A DNA stretch of 63,477 bases, filler included, from Folioceros fuciformis (taxonomy: Eukaryota): the NCBI GenBank assembly GCA_049999805.1. It is 9 parts of 9 records of this genome, joined end to end, with 100 filler letters (N's around TTAATTAATTAA, not from the genome) between each part and the next. Parts side by side here need not be neighbours in the genome. Positions count along the whole stretch, not along the records: positions 32,894 to 39,453 come from JBNGIO010002883.1; positions 39,554 to 51,100 come from JBNGIO010002884.1; 7 more parts are not named here. The stretch is one strand, 5' to 3'. Under the pieces are notes generated by a model, which saw only the letters and a list, made by a program, of their open reading frames with translations, searched no databases and was not told the DNA's origin. The translations under genes and the position numbers were made by a program. This document shows positions 38,290 to 51,200 of this stretch, piece by piece; the first letter of the stretch is position 1, and the number at the start of each line of letters is the position of its first letter.

Positions 38290-39453
38290 CGGCCACCCCA
38301 GGCGGCCCCAGCTCAATCCGCCCATCCTGCCCATGCCCGACCAGCTTGGATCCACCTGTAGTCGGTCCTAGCTACTTGCCTGCAGCTGGGTTTCTGCGCT
38401 GCTGGGGTGCCTGCCCGCCCAAATTCGACTGGTCGCCAACTTGTTTGGGATCCTGCAGCTAGCCGGCCTGCCTTCCTAAGCCATCCAGCTAGCCAGCCAA
38501 CCAGAGTCGATTGGCCAGCCTGCCCCTATCGGATCCCATCACCTGCAACCTGTCCTGGCTGCTTGCCTGCACCCACCTAGCGATTCGTCTTCCCACCTTT
38601 TGCCCTGCGGCCACCTTGCCCACTAGATCCAGCCGGGACCTCAGCCCGGATCTGGCCCCTGATTCCACCAGAGCCTTCCACCAGGGTCGCAAGAGCAGCT
38701 TCCTGCCCCCGACTGATCTACCAGTCGTGATCCAGCCAGCACCGGACCTGCCTACCCTCTGACTGCCCTCCAGCCTGCAATTGGTCCGCTCGCTGGCTGC
38801 CTGGTAATCCGACCAGCACCCACCTCTGATCCGCCTGGACGACTGGACCGCCTAGCTTGCCTCCTGCCTCCCGGGATTCGCCTGCACCCTGCCTGGTCCA
38901 AGTCCAGTGCCACCACCTACTTGGATCCAGCCCGGATCCTGGAGCCTGAGTCCGCTCCAGCCCCCTCCGCAACAAGCCCTGATGCCGCCTGCCTGGCCTT
39001 GCTTGCTGGCCAGCACGGCCTGGACCAGCCCGAGGCCCGTCTGGCTGGCTAAACCCACACCCGCCAGGCTTGCCAAGGCCTGGCTGCCTTCCCCGACCAG
39101 GATTCCCCTCAACCAGCTGACCTGCTCCTACTGCTGGCCAGGTTGGCTGTCTGGTGATCCGGCCAGCATCTGCCTGGATTCGCCTGCTGGGCTGCCTGCG
39201 CCGCTGGGGCGACTGCCTGCCCCCTTGGATCTGGCCAGGCAGCTAGCCCGCAAGGCTGCCTACTGTAGCCCCTAGCCAGCCTCCTGCCGATTTGCCCAGA
39301 GGCTGCCTGTCACCTGACCCAGCCATGGGCCACCTAAGCCCGCTGGCTAGCCGCCTCAGCCACTGCCGCAAGCCGTCTGGCCAGCCTGCTGCTGGCTAGA
39401 TCCGATTGGGAAGCCAGCCGAATCTGGCAAGCCCCCCTTGCCAACCTGCTCGC
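38290..39453. repeat. GC-rich degenerate low-complexity tract (CCTGC/CCAGC/GGATCC words)
   Basis: Recurring short words; its ORFs are P/A/L/W-rich low complexity. Confidence 0.55.
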
Positions 39454-39555
39454 NNNNNNNNNNNNNNNNNNNNNNNNNNNNNNNNNNNNNNNNNNNNTTA
39501 ATTAATTAANNNNNNNNNNNNNNNNNNNNNNNNNNNNNNNNNNNNNNNNNNNNGC

Positions 39556-39891
39556 ATGGCACCGAAGCGTGACCTGAACAGCAAGGGCATCAGCAAGCAG
39601 AGGAGGCGCCAGGGTCCGCAGAAACTTCAGGAGCTGGAGGACTGGGATGAGCGCCATCTGCTGGGCTCTAGTGTGACACTAGGCGGGTTCAAAATCTCGC
39701 TTAATATCAAATTGTGCTGGAGCAAGCCTGTGAAGAGGGAGGAGAACTGCATCCAGCTGAAGGACAAAGGAGATGAAGCCCTTCTCCTTAAGCCACTGCA
39801 GGAGGCTAAACACATGCTGCAGCGCCTGATAGAGAGGCAGGAAGAAGAGAAGAGGAGGGCAATAAAGAAGAATAAAGTCTTCAAAAGGTGA
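39556..39891 (+). CDS. 111-aa basic/coiled-coil ORF antisense to and downstream of element E pol
   Basis: ATG-initiated MAPKR... ORF with an EEEKRRAIKKNK end; no family recognised. Confidence 0.4.
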   Translation: MAPKRDLNSKGISKQRRRQGPQKLQELEDWDERHLLGSSVTLGGFKISLNIKLCWSKPVKREENCIQLKDKGDEALLLKPLQEAKHMLQRLIERQEEEKRRAIKKNKVFKR

Positions 39892-42800
39892 ATGGTAGCT
39901 ATGCAGGGTGATTAGAACGTCTTGGAGCTTCATCCACCTCGCTGCAGGCTTAGCTGCATCTGCATACTGCCTTGTGTCTTGGTGTTGCATCCTTTGATTG
40001 CCAGATACTAACATCCCTCCCTATCTCTGTGCCGCAGTATTTGAAAAGTAGAGAGACTGGGAAGCATCAGACAGAGCACAAAACAACATCAGAGGACTCG
40101 GGCCTCACCCGTAAGTCCCTCTTCAACCCCCTAAGTTGCAGACTTGAAGTATTGTTGGTAGTTGAAGAGACCCAAGCCTTCCATGTGCTTAACATGCTTG
40201 TCCTTTGGCAAGGCTTTAGTCAGGATGTCCGCTGTGTTTTCCTCTGTGGGCACATAGAGAATTTTAACTACGCCCCTCTCAGCGGCATCCCTGACGTAAT
40301 GATGGTGGATCTCGATGTGTTTCGTGCGAGCATGGAAGCGAGGGTTCGCGACCAAAGCTATGGCCGATTGATTATCACACCAGAGGTTAGTAGAATCTGT
40401 TTGTGGTTCCCCAATATCTTTTAAGAAAGCACGCTCCCACTCAACCTCTTTCGTGGCATCTGTAAGGGACTTGTACTCGGCCTCTGTACTGGAGAGAGCA
40501 ATGCTCGTCTGCTTCTTACAGCTCTAGTTGACAGCAGCCTGAGACAGCAGAAAAACATATGTGGAGAGACTTTTCCTGGAGTCATTGTCAGACGCCCAAT
40601 CTGCGTCTGTGAACCCCTTCAGAGATAAGTTGCCTGTACCACTGCTTCTGTAACAGAGTACGATGTGATGAGTTCCTTTCAAGTAACGAAATATGCGTTT
40701 GACAGCAGTCCAGTGAACACGCCCAGGGTTTTCTAAGAATTGAGAGACAGTACTGACGGAGTGCTGTATATCAAGGCGGGTCCAGTTGCTGATGAAGATC
40801 AAGCTGCCAACAACGTGACGGTAAGGAACATCTTGCATGTCTTTTTGGTCAGCCTCTGTAAGGGCACATGCATATCTTGTGAGCTTGACACTCACTGCGC
40901 CTGGGGTGGTAGCAGGGTGTGCAGAACCCATGTTAAACTTGTGAAGGATTTCAGCTATATACTTAGGTTGGTGAATGATAAGGAGCCTGTCAGAACGAAC
41001 TCGAAGGACTTGAATTCCAAGACAGAATAGTAAATCCCCACTATCTGTCATTTCAAAGGTTTGCCTTAACATATTTTTCACTGTGGCCAGCATAGAGGTG
41101 TCATTGGCAGCAAGGATCACATCGTCTACATACAGTGCAAGAATCATGTAAGCGTTTCCTTACTGTAGAACATAGACGTTAGAGTCTGCTACACACTGCC
41201 GAAACCCAAGAGCCTTTAAGGCCTTGTCACAACGTTTATACCAGCGTTCTGCACTTTGCTTCAAACCATACAGACATTTGATGAGCTGACATACGTAGTC
41301 GGGATGTGCAGGGTCAGCATAACCCTCAGGCTGTTCCATATACAGCTCCACTTCTAAAATGCCATGCAAAAAAGCAATGTAGACATCCATCTGCTACAAT
41401 TCAAGGTCATATTCAGCGGCTAGGGCAAAAATGAGGCGAAGAGATTGGGCACGTACAACCGGAGAAAATGTCTCCTGATAATCAAGACCTGCCACTTGTG
41501 TGAAACCTCGAGCACAGAGACGTGCCTTGTATCTTGCTATTCTCCCTTCTGCATTTAGCTTGTGCTTGAAAACCCATTTGCAGGTGATTGGTTTTCGGTT
41601 GGCAGGTCTGGGAACTAACTTCCATGTGCCGTTTTTGATCAGGCTGTTGTACTCATCATCCACTGCATATTTCCATTTATCCTTATCTGGTCCTGTAAGA
41701 GCTTCTGTGAGGCTAACAGGTTCAAGTGGAACAGGTGGGGGAGCAGTAACAGCTCCAGCAGAATAGCGAAAGTCAATAGACTGGTATCTAGGCTCCTTCC
41801 ATTCTGAAGGTGGGGGCTTGTGATGAGATGATCGTCGCGGGACAACATCATCCTCAGGAGGGTCTGGAGCCACAAAAGGTGGAGCGGCTTCTGGCCCCTC
41901 TGCTACTTGATGAGGTAGGCCATTTCCATCAAAGCCCCCTGCTGGATCATCCTCTGGAAAAAAGATGTCAGGGAACAGATCATAGTCTTCATCATTATGT
42001 GACCCCAAGTCCAAACCATCTGGTCCTAACATATTGGCCACTTCTGCGGCAGGTGCGGGAAGGACTGCAGGTGGAGGGTCTTCAGCATTTGGCAGAGGTG
42101 CTGGGTCCTGTACATCAGGAGCAGCATCCAAATCGCCTGGAAGGTTAGCAACATCTCCTGCCTCGGGTAAAGCACCATCGGCATCATCAGGGTAATAAGA
42201 GAACAGTCCAGTAGAATCATCAAGATCATTTGAACTGTCAGTAGGTTCTGGAAGAAGTCTGTCCTTTCTGTCAATAGGCTGTAGAGGCTCGACAAAGGTA
42301 ACACTCCTCGCTAGAACCAGCTGTCTGGATGTTGGGTCTAAGAGCTTGTATGCTTTTACATGTTCACTATACCCTATAAAGGTAAGGCATCGTGAACGAT
42401 TATCTAACTTCTTGCGTTTTTCTGCAGGGATATGAGCATAGGCTTTAGAGCCAAAGACCCTAAGATGTAGAAGACTAGGTTTACGTTTCCAGGCAAGCTC
42501 AAACGGTGTGGCAGACGCAAGGGAACTAGTTGGCAATCTGTTCAAAATATATGTGGCAGTCACTACAGCTTCAGCCCAGTAGGAAGAAGGTAAGCCAGAC
42601 CACAGTAACGTAGCCCTTGTCATCCCCATCAGCGTTTGGTTTTTGCGCTCAGCAACCCCATTCTGTTGCTAGGTGTAAGGGACTGTTAGCTGATGGATGA
42701 TGCCCTGTTCTGCCAGGAAATTTTTGAAAGTGTGGTTGACAAACTCTGTCCCATTATCCGACCGGAAAACCTTTAGCAAAGACCTGTTTGCCTTTGAACC

Positions 42801-44829
42801 AAGAGCAACCAGTCCTGGAACAAGGAAAAGGTTTCACTCTTGCGTTTCATGGGAAAAATCCAAGTGTATCGGCTAAAATCATCTGTGATAGTGAAATAAT
42901 ATTCTGCCCCTCCAAGTGATGGAACCTGAAGACGGCCAGAGATATTAGAGTGAACAAGGTCAAGGAGCTGAGTGGTTCTGTGAGCGGGAACAGAAGGAAA
43001 TGGAAGCTCCTTCTGCTTAGTAAGAGCACAAGTCTCACAGAGAGGCAGCTCCTTCAAACAAGATGGTAAGGGCTCCCTATATAATCTAGCTTTTGACATT
43101 GCAGTCAGCGTGTTCCTGTTGACATGCCCTAAACGAGCATGCCACAAAATAGATTGCTGCTTAGTGCTTAGGTTGCCAGCACTTGTTGAATATGCCGTGT
43201 TCCTGTGACCAGGAACACAGACCATGTCCAGACGATACAAATCATTCTCTGGAATAGCCCTGAAGACACAAGTTTCTGGAGAGGTCCTCCTGGAGAAGCA
43301 ACAGCAGTCATCCCTAGCAGTAAGCTCAAAAGTCTTGAGTTGCAGAAGCCTGCTCAGGGAAAGGAGGTTCTTAGCCATGTGAAGCACGAACAGCACATCT
43401 GTGAGTATGAGTGTTGTTCCATCACTCAAGTGGAAGGTGCAGGATCCCTGTCCTTGGATCCGCAGGCTTGTATCCTTCTGTTCATCACCTAGATATACCC
43501 GATCTACAGTGGTCGTGTATTCGAGGGAACTGAACAGAGATGCCTCCCTACAAATGTGTGAAGTGGCACCCAAATCCAGGTACCATGCTGTCTTATCTCC
43601 AGTAGATGTGGATAGGCAGATTGTTAGAATTTTGACTACTGTCTTCCTTGAATCACCAGTTTTGTCTTTAACAGTGACGGTGGCTGCAGATCGGGGAGGC
43701 TGCTTCTGAGGCTCCCCAGCTTTCTTCTTTCTACAGTCTCGAGCCCAGTGACAAGGAATACCACACCAATTACAAGTACCTGTTTTCTTGGTTGAATTGG
43801 AATTAGAGGATCCTGCATCCTGTCGTGAGTTTTGATAATATGGTGCTGTCTTAGGTTTGCCCCTCTGCCCCTGTCTACTCCGGATAGCAGTTAGCACTCT
43901 GTCAGCTTTGGACTTAGAACCAGACCCTGACATGAGCCTGCTCTGCTCTTCCTGGAACAGGGCACCTATCACCTCGTCTAAGGTGAGAGTGGAGGTTTTA
44001 CCAGCAGCCTGTGCCTGACGGATGGGCACGTTGTGTGCAGACACAAAATTCTGATAGCTAGGAGGTAAGCTGGTAAGCAACTGTGCAATGACATCTACTT
44101 CATCCATCACAGTGCCTACAGCCGCAAGTTGGGCTCGGAGATGTCTGAGCTTGCTGGTGTGAGCAAGTACTTTTTCTCCTTCCCTCATCCTGAGCCCATA
44201 GAATTCTTGTCGAAGTGCACACAAGGTAAGTACGTTGCGTACTTCATACTGGTTAGAAAGCTGTTTCCAAATCTCACTAGCTTTGGTGAGAAATTCTACT
44301 GCAGGGATCATGTCCTCTGCAAGACCACCTATCAGAAGTGCCATGGAGATACTGTTAGCATGAGCCCATTTGTCCTTTTCTCCCTTCGTTGTAGAGGGAT
44401 CAGGTTCAGGGATGGAGCCATCTACAATTCCCAAGACACCTCTGGCTAACAAGGTAGTTTTCATCCTCACCCTCCATACCTCATACTTAGTCCCATTAAA
44501 CCTATCTTTTTCTTTTACACTTTCTGTGAAGGTGGGGCTATTGTATCCAGGAGGAGGAGGGGGAGGTGGTGATGTATCCATCTGAGGTTAAACTAGATGA
44601 ACTACAGGTCAGGGTATGTCCGCTGTCTATGGGCGTAGAAGAGCTATCTGACATACAGGTGAACACTAAGCAAGCTATGGCGAATGGTCACCAGCTATGA
44701 GAGACAGACCTCTTCATGACGAAACGGTAAGTGAAGAAGATGGTAAACTCATGATTTAAAAATACTAACCATAGTTACATTTCATGAGTTTAGGGAAAAA
44801 GACCCTAACTAATCAGCCATGTGGCAGTT

Positions 44830-45442
44830 GATGCAGCGAATGTCACGGGATGAGGAAAGGGGCTTCAGCCTGAAACATCTCTTCCTGCGCAATCACCACT
44901 GAACATGTCGCTTCAGATCTCGAGTGCCACTGGCTCCTACTGCTGCAGGTTGGTCACTTGCTGGCGCCCTGTGGCTCGCGAGGAGGGAGTAGTGTCTCAA
45001 GAAATAGAGCAGCCATAGGCTGTACAGCAGAAACAAATGTATCTCGTAAATTGAGGTTTGAGACCAATTCTGTAAGATGCTGCACCTCTTTTTCCAATAA
45101 TTCTAAGCGGCCATTTGTCTCACTGGATAGTGACCTGATTCTGCCAGTAATCTCCAAATGCCTGCTTGTGGCCAATGTATTCTGGTATGTTAGAACCCTG
45201 AAAAGAGCTGTTTCTGTTGTGTTTAGTCTCTAAGACAAAACTCTGTAAGCGCCAACAATTTCTGGTAAGTCTGGAGAAAGATCAGGAAATAATCGGGTGA
45301 GTTCCTGCTCCTGTTCCCGTTCAGAATCCTCGTCGTCCTCTTGTGACCCCCTGGAGAAGGACCGATTCCTTCTTGTTTGGTGTGCAGGCGAGTCCATACA
45401 ATTGGGACGAGACAGATCCGCTCTACGGTATTGAGCAGCCAT
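44830..45442 (-). pseudogene. Accessory ORF0b (acidic plus coiled coil) between ORF0a and gag
   Basis: ORFs 45442-45230 and 45175-44954 are in one frame across a TAG; heptad-like LELLEKEVQHLTELVSNL. Confidence 0.55.
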
Positions 45443-45595
45443 TTCCTGGATTTGGAAATTTAGAAAACCCCATTAAACATTTCTCCAGTGTTCTCTGTAA
45501 TTATTAAAACTGATAATTGTGTGTAGGAGGGAACAGGAAATCCCTGTTGCTCTTTCTGGTCCACAATGTCAGATTTTAGTTTTAATAAATATGCT

Positions 45596-45852
45596 TTAAT
45601 TCCTCATGAGATTGCGCAGCGGAATTACATATGATCTTAGGTTGAGGTCGAGGCTAGTCCATACTCGTCGATTCAACCTCTTAGATGATACGATAGCAAC
45701 TTGCTCATAGCTGCCATCCACCGTGAGATGGTACCAATTGGCGAACCAAAAACAAGGCATCTATGGCCTCAACCCACAAACGCAGAAGAATCTTTTTCAC
45801 TCCATTGTTTGTCGAGGTATGAATACCTTATGGTTCCTCTCGATCTAGTCAT
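45596..45852 (-). pseudogene. Accessory ORF0a (~85 aa) directly after the PBS, two frameshifts
   Basis: MTRSRGTIRYSYLDKQWSEK-ILLRLWVEAIDALFWFANW... aligns with the post-PBS ORF at 35552. Confidence 0.7.
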
Positions 45853-46098
45853 CCTCTCAAAGTGTTTATCAAGAGCATAGCTCTGATACCATGTTCGGGT
45901 AGAACCATAGTCAGAGTGCAAAAAGGAAAACAAAGCAAAGGTCTAATTAAGAACATAAACATAATACCATACAAGTAAAGTAGGTTTGTGTGTTCTAAGT
46001 ACTTCTATCTAGGCAACCCTACTCAAGGTGTCTTTTGGATGTATGACTATAACAATATATTTCTAAACCCTAAGCCGTGCCAGCTTATATATTTAACA

Positions 46099-49000
46099 CG
46101 CAAGGCCTAACTTTAAAGGTAAACAGAATACCTTTCAAGGTGCTGGTAGCTCACGGGGAGCTACAGCACAGAACAAACCCAAAAGGACTGGAAAATGCCA
46201 CTGGTGCCAAGTTCCAGGACATTGGGAGAATGAGTGTGGAAAGAAGCAGGCCGGAGTACCTTGCAAGGAGGGCAACTCCACTTCTCAACACAGTTTGTGG
46301 TGAAAAAGCAAGCCTCACCTTCAGCTCTGATAGTAGGGATAAGGAAGTTTGCAATTCCTCTTGCTAACCCCACTTGTTTGTCTGCAAATATACAAGGTAG
46401 ATCAATTAATGAATGGTACCTTGATACTAGTGCAACAAGGCACATATGCTTTGACAAAAATGCTTTTGTCACATACAGACTAGTAGACAATCAGTTTGTC
46501 TACCTTGGTGATGATAGATCACTTGTGTCTCCAGGAAAAGGCACAATAAAAGTTCCAGTTCCCTCTGGAATCACACTCATACTGAAAGATGTATATTATG
46601 TCCCTGAAATGACTAGGAATCTCATGTCTATTAGGAAACAAAACTTGGATAATAATACTCATATCCTATTTACCCCTACAGAGTGCAGGATCATTGATGC
46701 TTTTGATCCCTGCAAGATACTAGCTTCTGGGTCATCAGAACATGACTTGTTTCGCCTACACACTCGTCGTCACACAGCAAAGACACACTTAGCTTTTAAC
46801 TCTTCAGAAGCAACAAGTAAGCTAGAAGACAAGGCTAAGTTATGGCATGCTCGCCTAGGTCACCCTCTGTGGAACGGAAAAGTTTGGTAATCGGTCTATG
46901 AAAGTCTAACTTGGTTTCTTTTTGTTCAGAATAGTTCGAAGGGAGGCATGTGGAAGGTAGGTTTTTGGGCAAGTGCCCATGGTAGGTAGTGAGTGGCTGG
47001 TGAAGGTTTTTATGGAGTTTTTTTTTTTTTTCTATTCTGGTAGGTTAGAATAAGAAGATACCTATATAGTAGGATGTCTACCTACGTAGGTAGAGAGAGT
47101 ACCTACTTGGGAAAATGGAAGATACCTACGTAGGTAGGGAAGGTACTTATACGGTAGATACCCCACCTACGGCAATGGGGTAGGCTGTCTACCTACGACA
47201 ATGGGTGGGAATGGTAGGGAACCTGCCTATGAGAGGAGGGGTAGGGAACCTAGGTTACCTACAAGAGGAGGGGTAGGCAACCTACCTACGAGGGGAGGGG
47301 TAGGCAACCTACCAACGAGAGGAAGGGTAGGGAACCTACCTACGAGAGGAGGGGTAGGGAACCTACCTACGAGAGGAGGGGTAGGCAACCTACCTACGAG
47401 AGGAGGCGAAGGAATGGTAGGGACCCTACCTACGAAGGGAGCAATAGGTACCCTACCTACAGAGGGAACATTCGCACCCTATGTAGGGAAGGAGCCTCAA
47501 GTTGAGGAATAAGGGGATCCCTCCCCTACCAAACTTGTAGGTGGTGGTGAAGGGATATCCCAAGAGATCCACACAGAGGAAGGTACGGTGGAAGTTCGTG
47601 GATCCAAAAGAAGATGAGTCCCAATAATGGAGGGGGGCCCATTAGCTCAGCCTTCAGACTCTACCTCCCTTCAGGAGCCATCCTAGCCACACCTTTTTGA
47701 AAAGGGGGTCAAGGAATCTTCTATGGCGGCACCGACAGTCCTAATCTTCATCGGCGTGCACTACCCTACGATACATGTGAGCGGGTGCCTAGTAGGGATA
47801 CCACACTCGCTTGCCCACACCCTCATAGTTCAAAGTTACAGAAACTTGCTAATAGTGAGCTGTACAATGATGGAAAAATTGGCAGCTTGCCACCCCTACC
47901 TCTATGTGAAGTCTATGTGTTGTCGAAACGTCATCAAGCAGCTTTCAAGAACAAATCTCCTCACTGAGATTCAGATGTTCTTGAGCTTGTCCACACTGAC
48001 ATATGTGGGCCTCTATCCCAACCTTCAATCGGTGGTGGCAAATATTTCCTCACATTCACTAATGACAAAACCAGGTTTGTCATGGCCTACATCTTACAGG
48101 CCAAGAGTGAGTGTTTTTCTCTGTTTAAAGACTATATGAAATATACAGAGAGATGGATTGGCAAACAATTAAAAACCCTCCGATTTGACAATGGTGGAGG
48201 ATTCACATCTAATGAATTACAGGCCTATTGTGTCATTGAGGGAATAGGTAGACAACTTACAGTTATTTACACACCACAGCAAAATGGTGTTGTTGAGCGC
48301 TTGAATCAGACTTTGCAGGAAATGGTTTCCTCTATGTTACATTAGAGGCCTCTTTGCCACTTTCGTATTGGGCTGAGGCCCTTATGACAGCTGTGTACTT
48401 GCGTAACAGGCTGCCTACCACTGGCGTTGTGAGGAAAACCCCTTATGAAGCCTTCTTTGGCAGAAAACCAGCTATTTTGCATCTTTGCACCTTTGGTTGC
48501 CTTGCTTATGCTTTTATTCCTAAAGCCAAGTGCACCAAGTTAGCTCCTAAAGCCAAGAAATATTTCATGATAGGCTATAGTGAAGGTATTAAGGCATATA
48601 AATCATATGATGTACCTCAGAATCAAGTGGCTTATGCCATTGGATTCTGATAAAACACGTTTTTGGCAGCTAGTGGGAGTACTTCCCACCTCTCAAGAGG
48701 GTTTTGATTTGTCTGCTCTTTCTGACATCACAATTTTTCATGACCTTCCACATGAGGAGTTTGCTCCTGTAGGGGGTGAAGATAATCAGCAAAATGATGG
48801 ACAGGGTGTAGAGAAGGTAGATGAATTAGCAGTACCTAATTTTGCTGCTGACATACATGATCCACCTCCTCATGTTGTTATTGATCCTAAACCCCTTGTT
48901 CCTGATGACGATGATGTACCTGATCCCGATCCAGATCTTGACCCTAATGATGAGGATATACCTGAACCTGTGCGCCGCTCTCTTGCAAGAGAAAGACGGG

Positions 49001-50360
49001 CACCAGACTATTATCAGTCTGAAGATTTCAGGATACCCTCTGTACATGCTATTGCTCTTGATCCCATAGAGCCTCATTCTTATGAAGAAGCCTTGAGTAG
49101 CCCTGATGCTGCATAATGGAAAAAGGCTATTAAGTCTAAATATGAGGTGAAAGGAAAAGAAGACTATGTCCTACGCCTAATTAAAACCCTGTATGGGTTG
49201 AAACAATCTGCCCTTGAGTGGAATGTTGTTCTTGATGAAGAATTGCAATCCCTAGGTTTTGTAAAATGTATCTCAGATGGAAGCTTGTATGTTTACAGAT
49301 CTAAAGTTGTAGTATGTTACCTGGCTGTATATGTAGATGATCTTATATTGGCCTATAAGAGACCGACCTTCATCAAAGACATAAACAAGGTGTTATCAAC
49401 CAAGTTTGAGATGACACACCTAGGTGCTCTACAAAGTTGCCTTGGTATATTGATTCAACGTGATAGGAGAAAAGGACTATTTCTTTAACATAGCCACAGT
49501 ACGTATTAAATGGTGCTGAACAACCACTTCCAACCTGCACCACAATTAAAACAAACAATCAAGGATCAATGAGTCTTGCTCACAATCCAGTGTTTCACTC
49601 CAGAACCAAACATGTGGGAGTTGAATACCACTTCATACGTAACTTGATCAAATCTGGACAGATTGATCTGGAGTATGTGCCAACAGCTGAAAACCCAGCA
49701 GACATTTTAACTAAGTCCCTAGGAAGGGAACTTCACGAAAAGCACATGAAAGTTCTTGGCATGGGAAACCATGAAGGCAGCCCCAATACCATGTCTAAGA
49801 CCCAGCCAACCAAGCTAGTTACAACCCCAGTCATTGCTGTCATCATTGCATGAATTTCGTGGTGGAGATTGAAAAGATCTCCTGCTTTCAGAGCTCATTG
49901 AATCATCATACTTATCCCAAGAATCACGGTCCACAGACTCTGAAGAGAAAGTTTCATTTTCATCGCGAGGAGAAAACCTTTTCCTCCTCTTCTGATAAGA
50001 AGAGGAGGAAAAAGTTCTCTCCTTTGTCTCAAGGCTGTTCTCTTCTTCCAATCTATCTTCAGATCCTGCTTGATAGACAGTAGGAGTATGGTTCACAGAC
50101 AATTGACTTAGGTCACCAGGGGGTTAAGACCTTTCCAGGTCAAACACAAAGGCAAGAATCAGATTGCCTATATTGATTGTTTTAAGTACAGAAGAACAGA
50201 CTTAAGTTGGTGTGAAGACTTACTGTAGACACTGATGATGTGATCTTTGTATTCTTGGTATAGCTGTAGCTCAATGTGTTTCATCACTAGTCCAGTAGAT
50301 GTGCATCTGTACTAGAGAGGACTTCCGGGCGTATTGTGGACTCCACATGCTGAACAGACC
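46099..50360 (+). mobile_element. Ty1/copia element F, internally deleted, host of element E and of a solo LTR
   Basis: Zn knuckle KCHWCQVPGHWENEC, PR WYLDTSAT, INT HTDICGP and FDNGGGF, partial RT (VYVDD), RNaseH end at 49853. Confidence 0.9.
46868..47819 (+). mobile_element. 952-bp solo LTR, TG...CA, TSD CCCTC
   Basis: CCCTC at 46863-46867 and 47820-47824; splits the host sequence LWHARLGHP|HSSKL; contains a 27-bp hairpin array at ~47210-47460. Confidence 0.93.
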
Positions 50361-50362
50361 CC

Positions 50363-51100
50363 TGGGAAATGATAGGTTTTCTTTTTTTTGGATTTGTGGG
50401 TGAGTGTTGTAGAGGAAAGGTTGGAAGGTTAGGTTAGAATAATAGCTAGATTGATGGTGAGTCGATAAGGTAGGTAGGTTGTGTGGTAGATAGGACACGG
50501 GCTCTGGTTCCTCGGGGTAAGGTAACGGAGGAATAGGGAACCTGGGACGTCGCGGAAAGCGAGCTGGGGGTCCTCTGGCTGTCGCTGGTCGAAGTTGGGG
50601 ACAGAGATGGAGGTGTCGGGACGCTGCCCTGGTGCGTCGGGTGGATAGGGATCACCAGAGCACAGGTGGCCAAATTAGCAGACCGGCGGGATAGGGCGGG
50701 GGTTTAGGGTTTAGGGTTTAGGTTTAAACCCTAAACCCTAAACCCTTCAACCATCAGCGGTTCGGGGCAGCATGCAGTGCATGCAGTTCTCGGACACGCT
50801 ACAGGCGTACCTTCTGGATCTAAAGAATGAGCATCAGTGGAAGCAGTGGAAGTGTCGGCCGGTGTGGTGTTCCTGGTGCCCTCGCTGAAGGAGGGAGTAA
50901 GCTAAGAGTAAGCTAAGAGGGAGTAGGCTGAGTTGTGGGGAGGTTCATTGCACCAGTGAGAATTCTTCGGATATCCTGGTGCTCTAGAAGTAGGATTGCG
51001 TCTGTTCCTGTTAGCTTGCTTGTTAACTTGCTTCCTCAGGGGTACTGGACGGGCAGCTAGGCCGGGTCATGGGCCTCCTGATCAGCAGCATGGGGGGTGG
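50363..51100 (+). repeat. Probable LTR-like insertion with a telomeric palindrome at 50700-50745
   Basis: Shares words such as GGTTAGAATAA with the 46868 LTR; abrupt composition change; boundaries unverified. Confidence 0.4.
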
Positions 51101-51200
51101 NNNNNNNNNNNNNNNNNNNNNNNNNNNNNNNNNNNNNNNNNNNNTTAATTAATTAANNNNNNNNNNNNNNNNNNNNNNNNNNNNNNNNNNNNNNNNNNNN

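Larger units (their letters stand above)
40131..46098 (-). mobile_element. Ty1/copia element E, near-intact gag-pol with two extra ORFs upstream
   Basis: 5' LTR 46098-45892 (TGTTAAAT...CCGAACA); PBS 45891-45880; 602-aa gag-PR-INT ORF 44581-42773; the rest of pol runs to 40131 broken by point stops; no matching 3' LTR in the contig. Confidence 0.95.

Noticed and set aside
38489-39275. Overlapping ORFs in the GC-rich tract
   Set aside because: Low-complexity sequence with few stop codons; no domain signal.
40008-40026. PPT-like tract plus TGTTAG on the minus strand as the 3' LTR of element E
   Set aside because: The downstream sequence does not match the 5' LTR (46098-45892) beyond TGTTA; the true 3' LTR is probably outside the contig.
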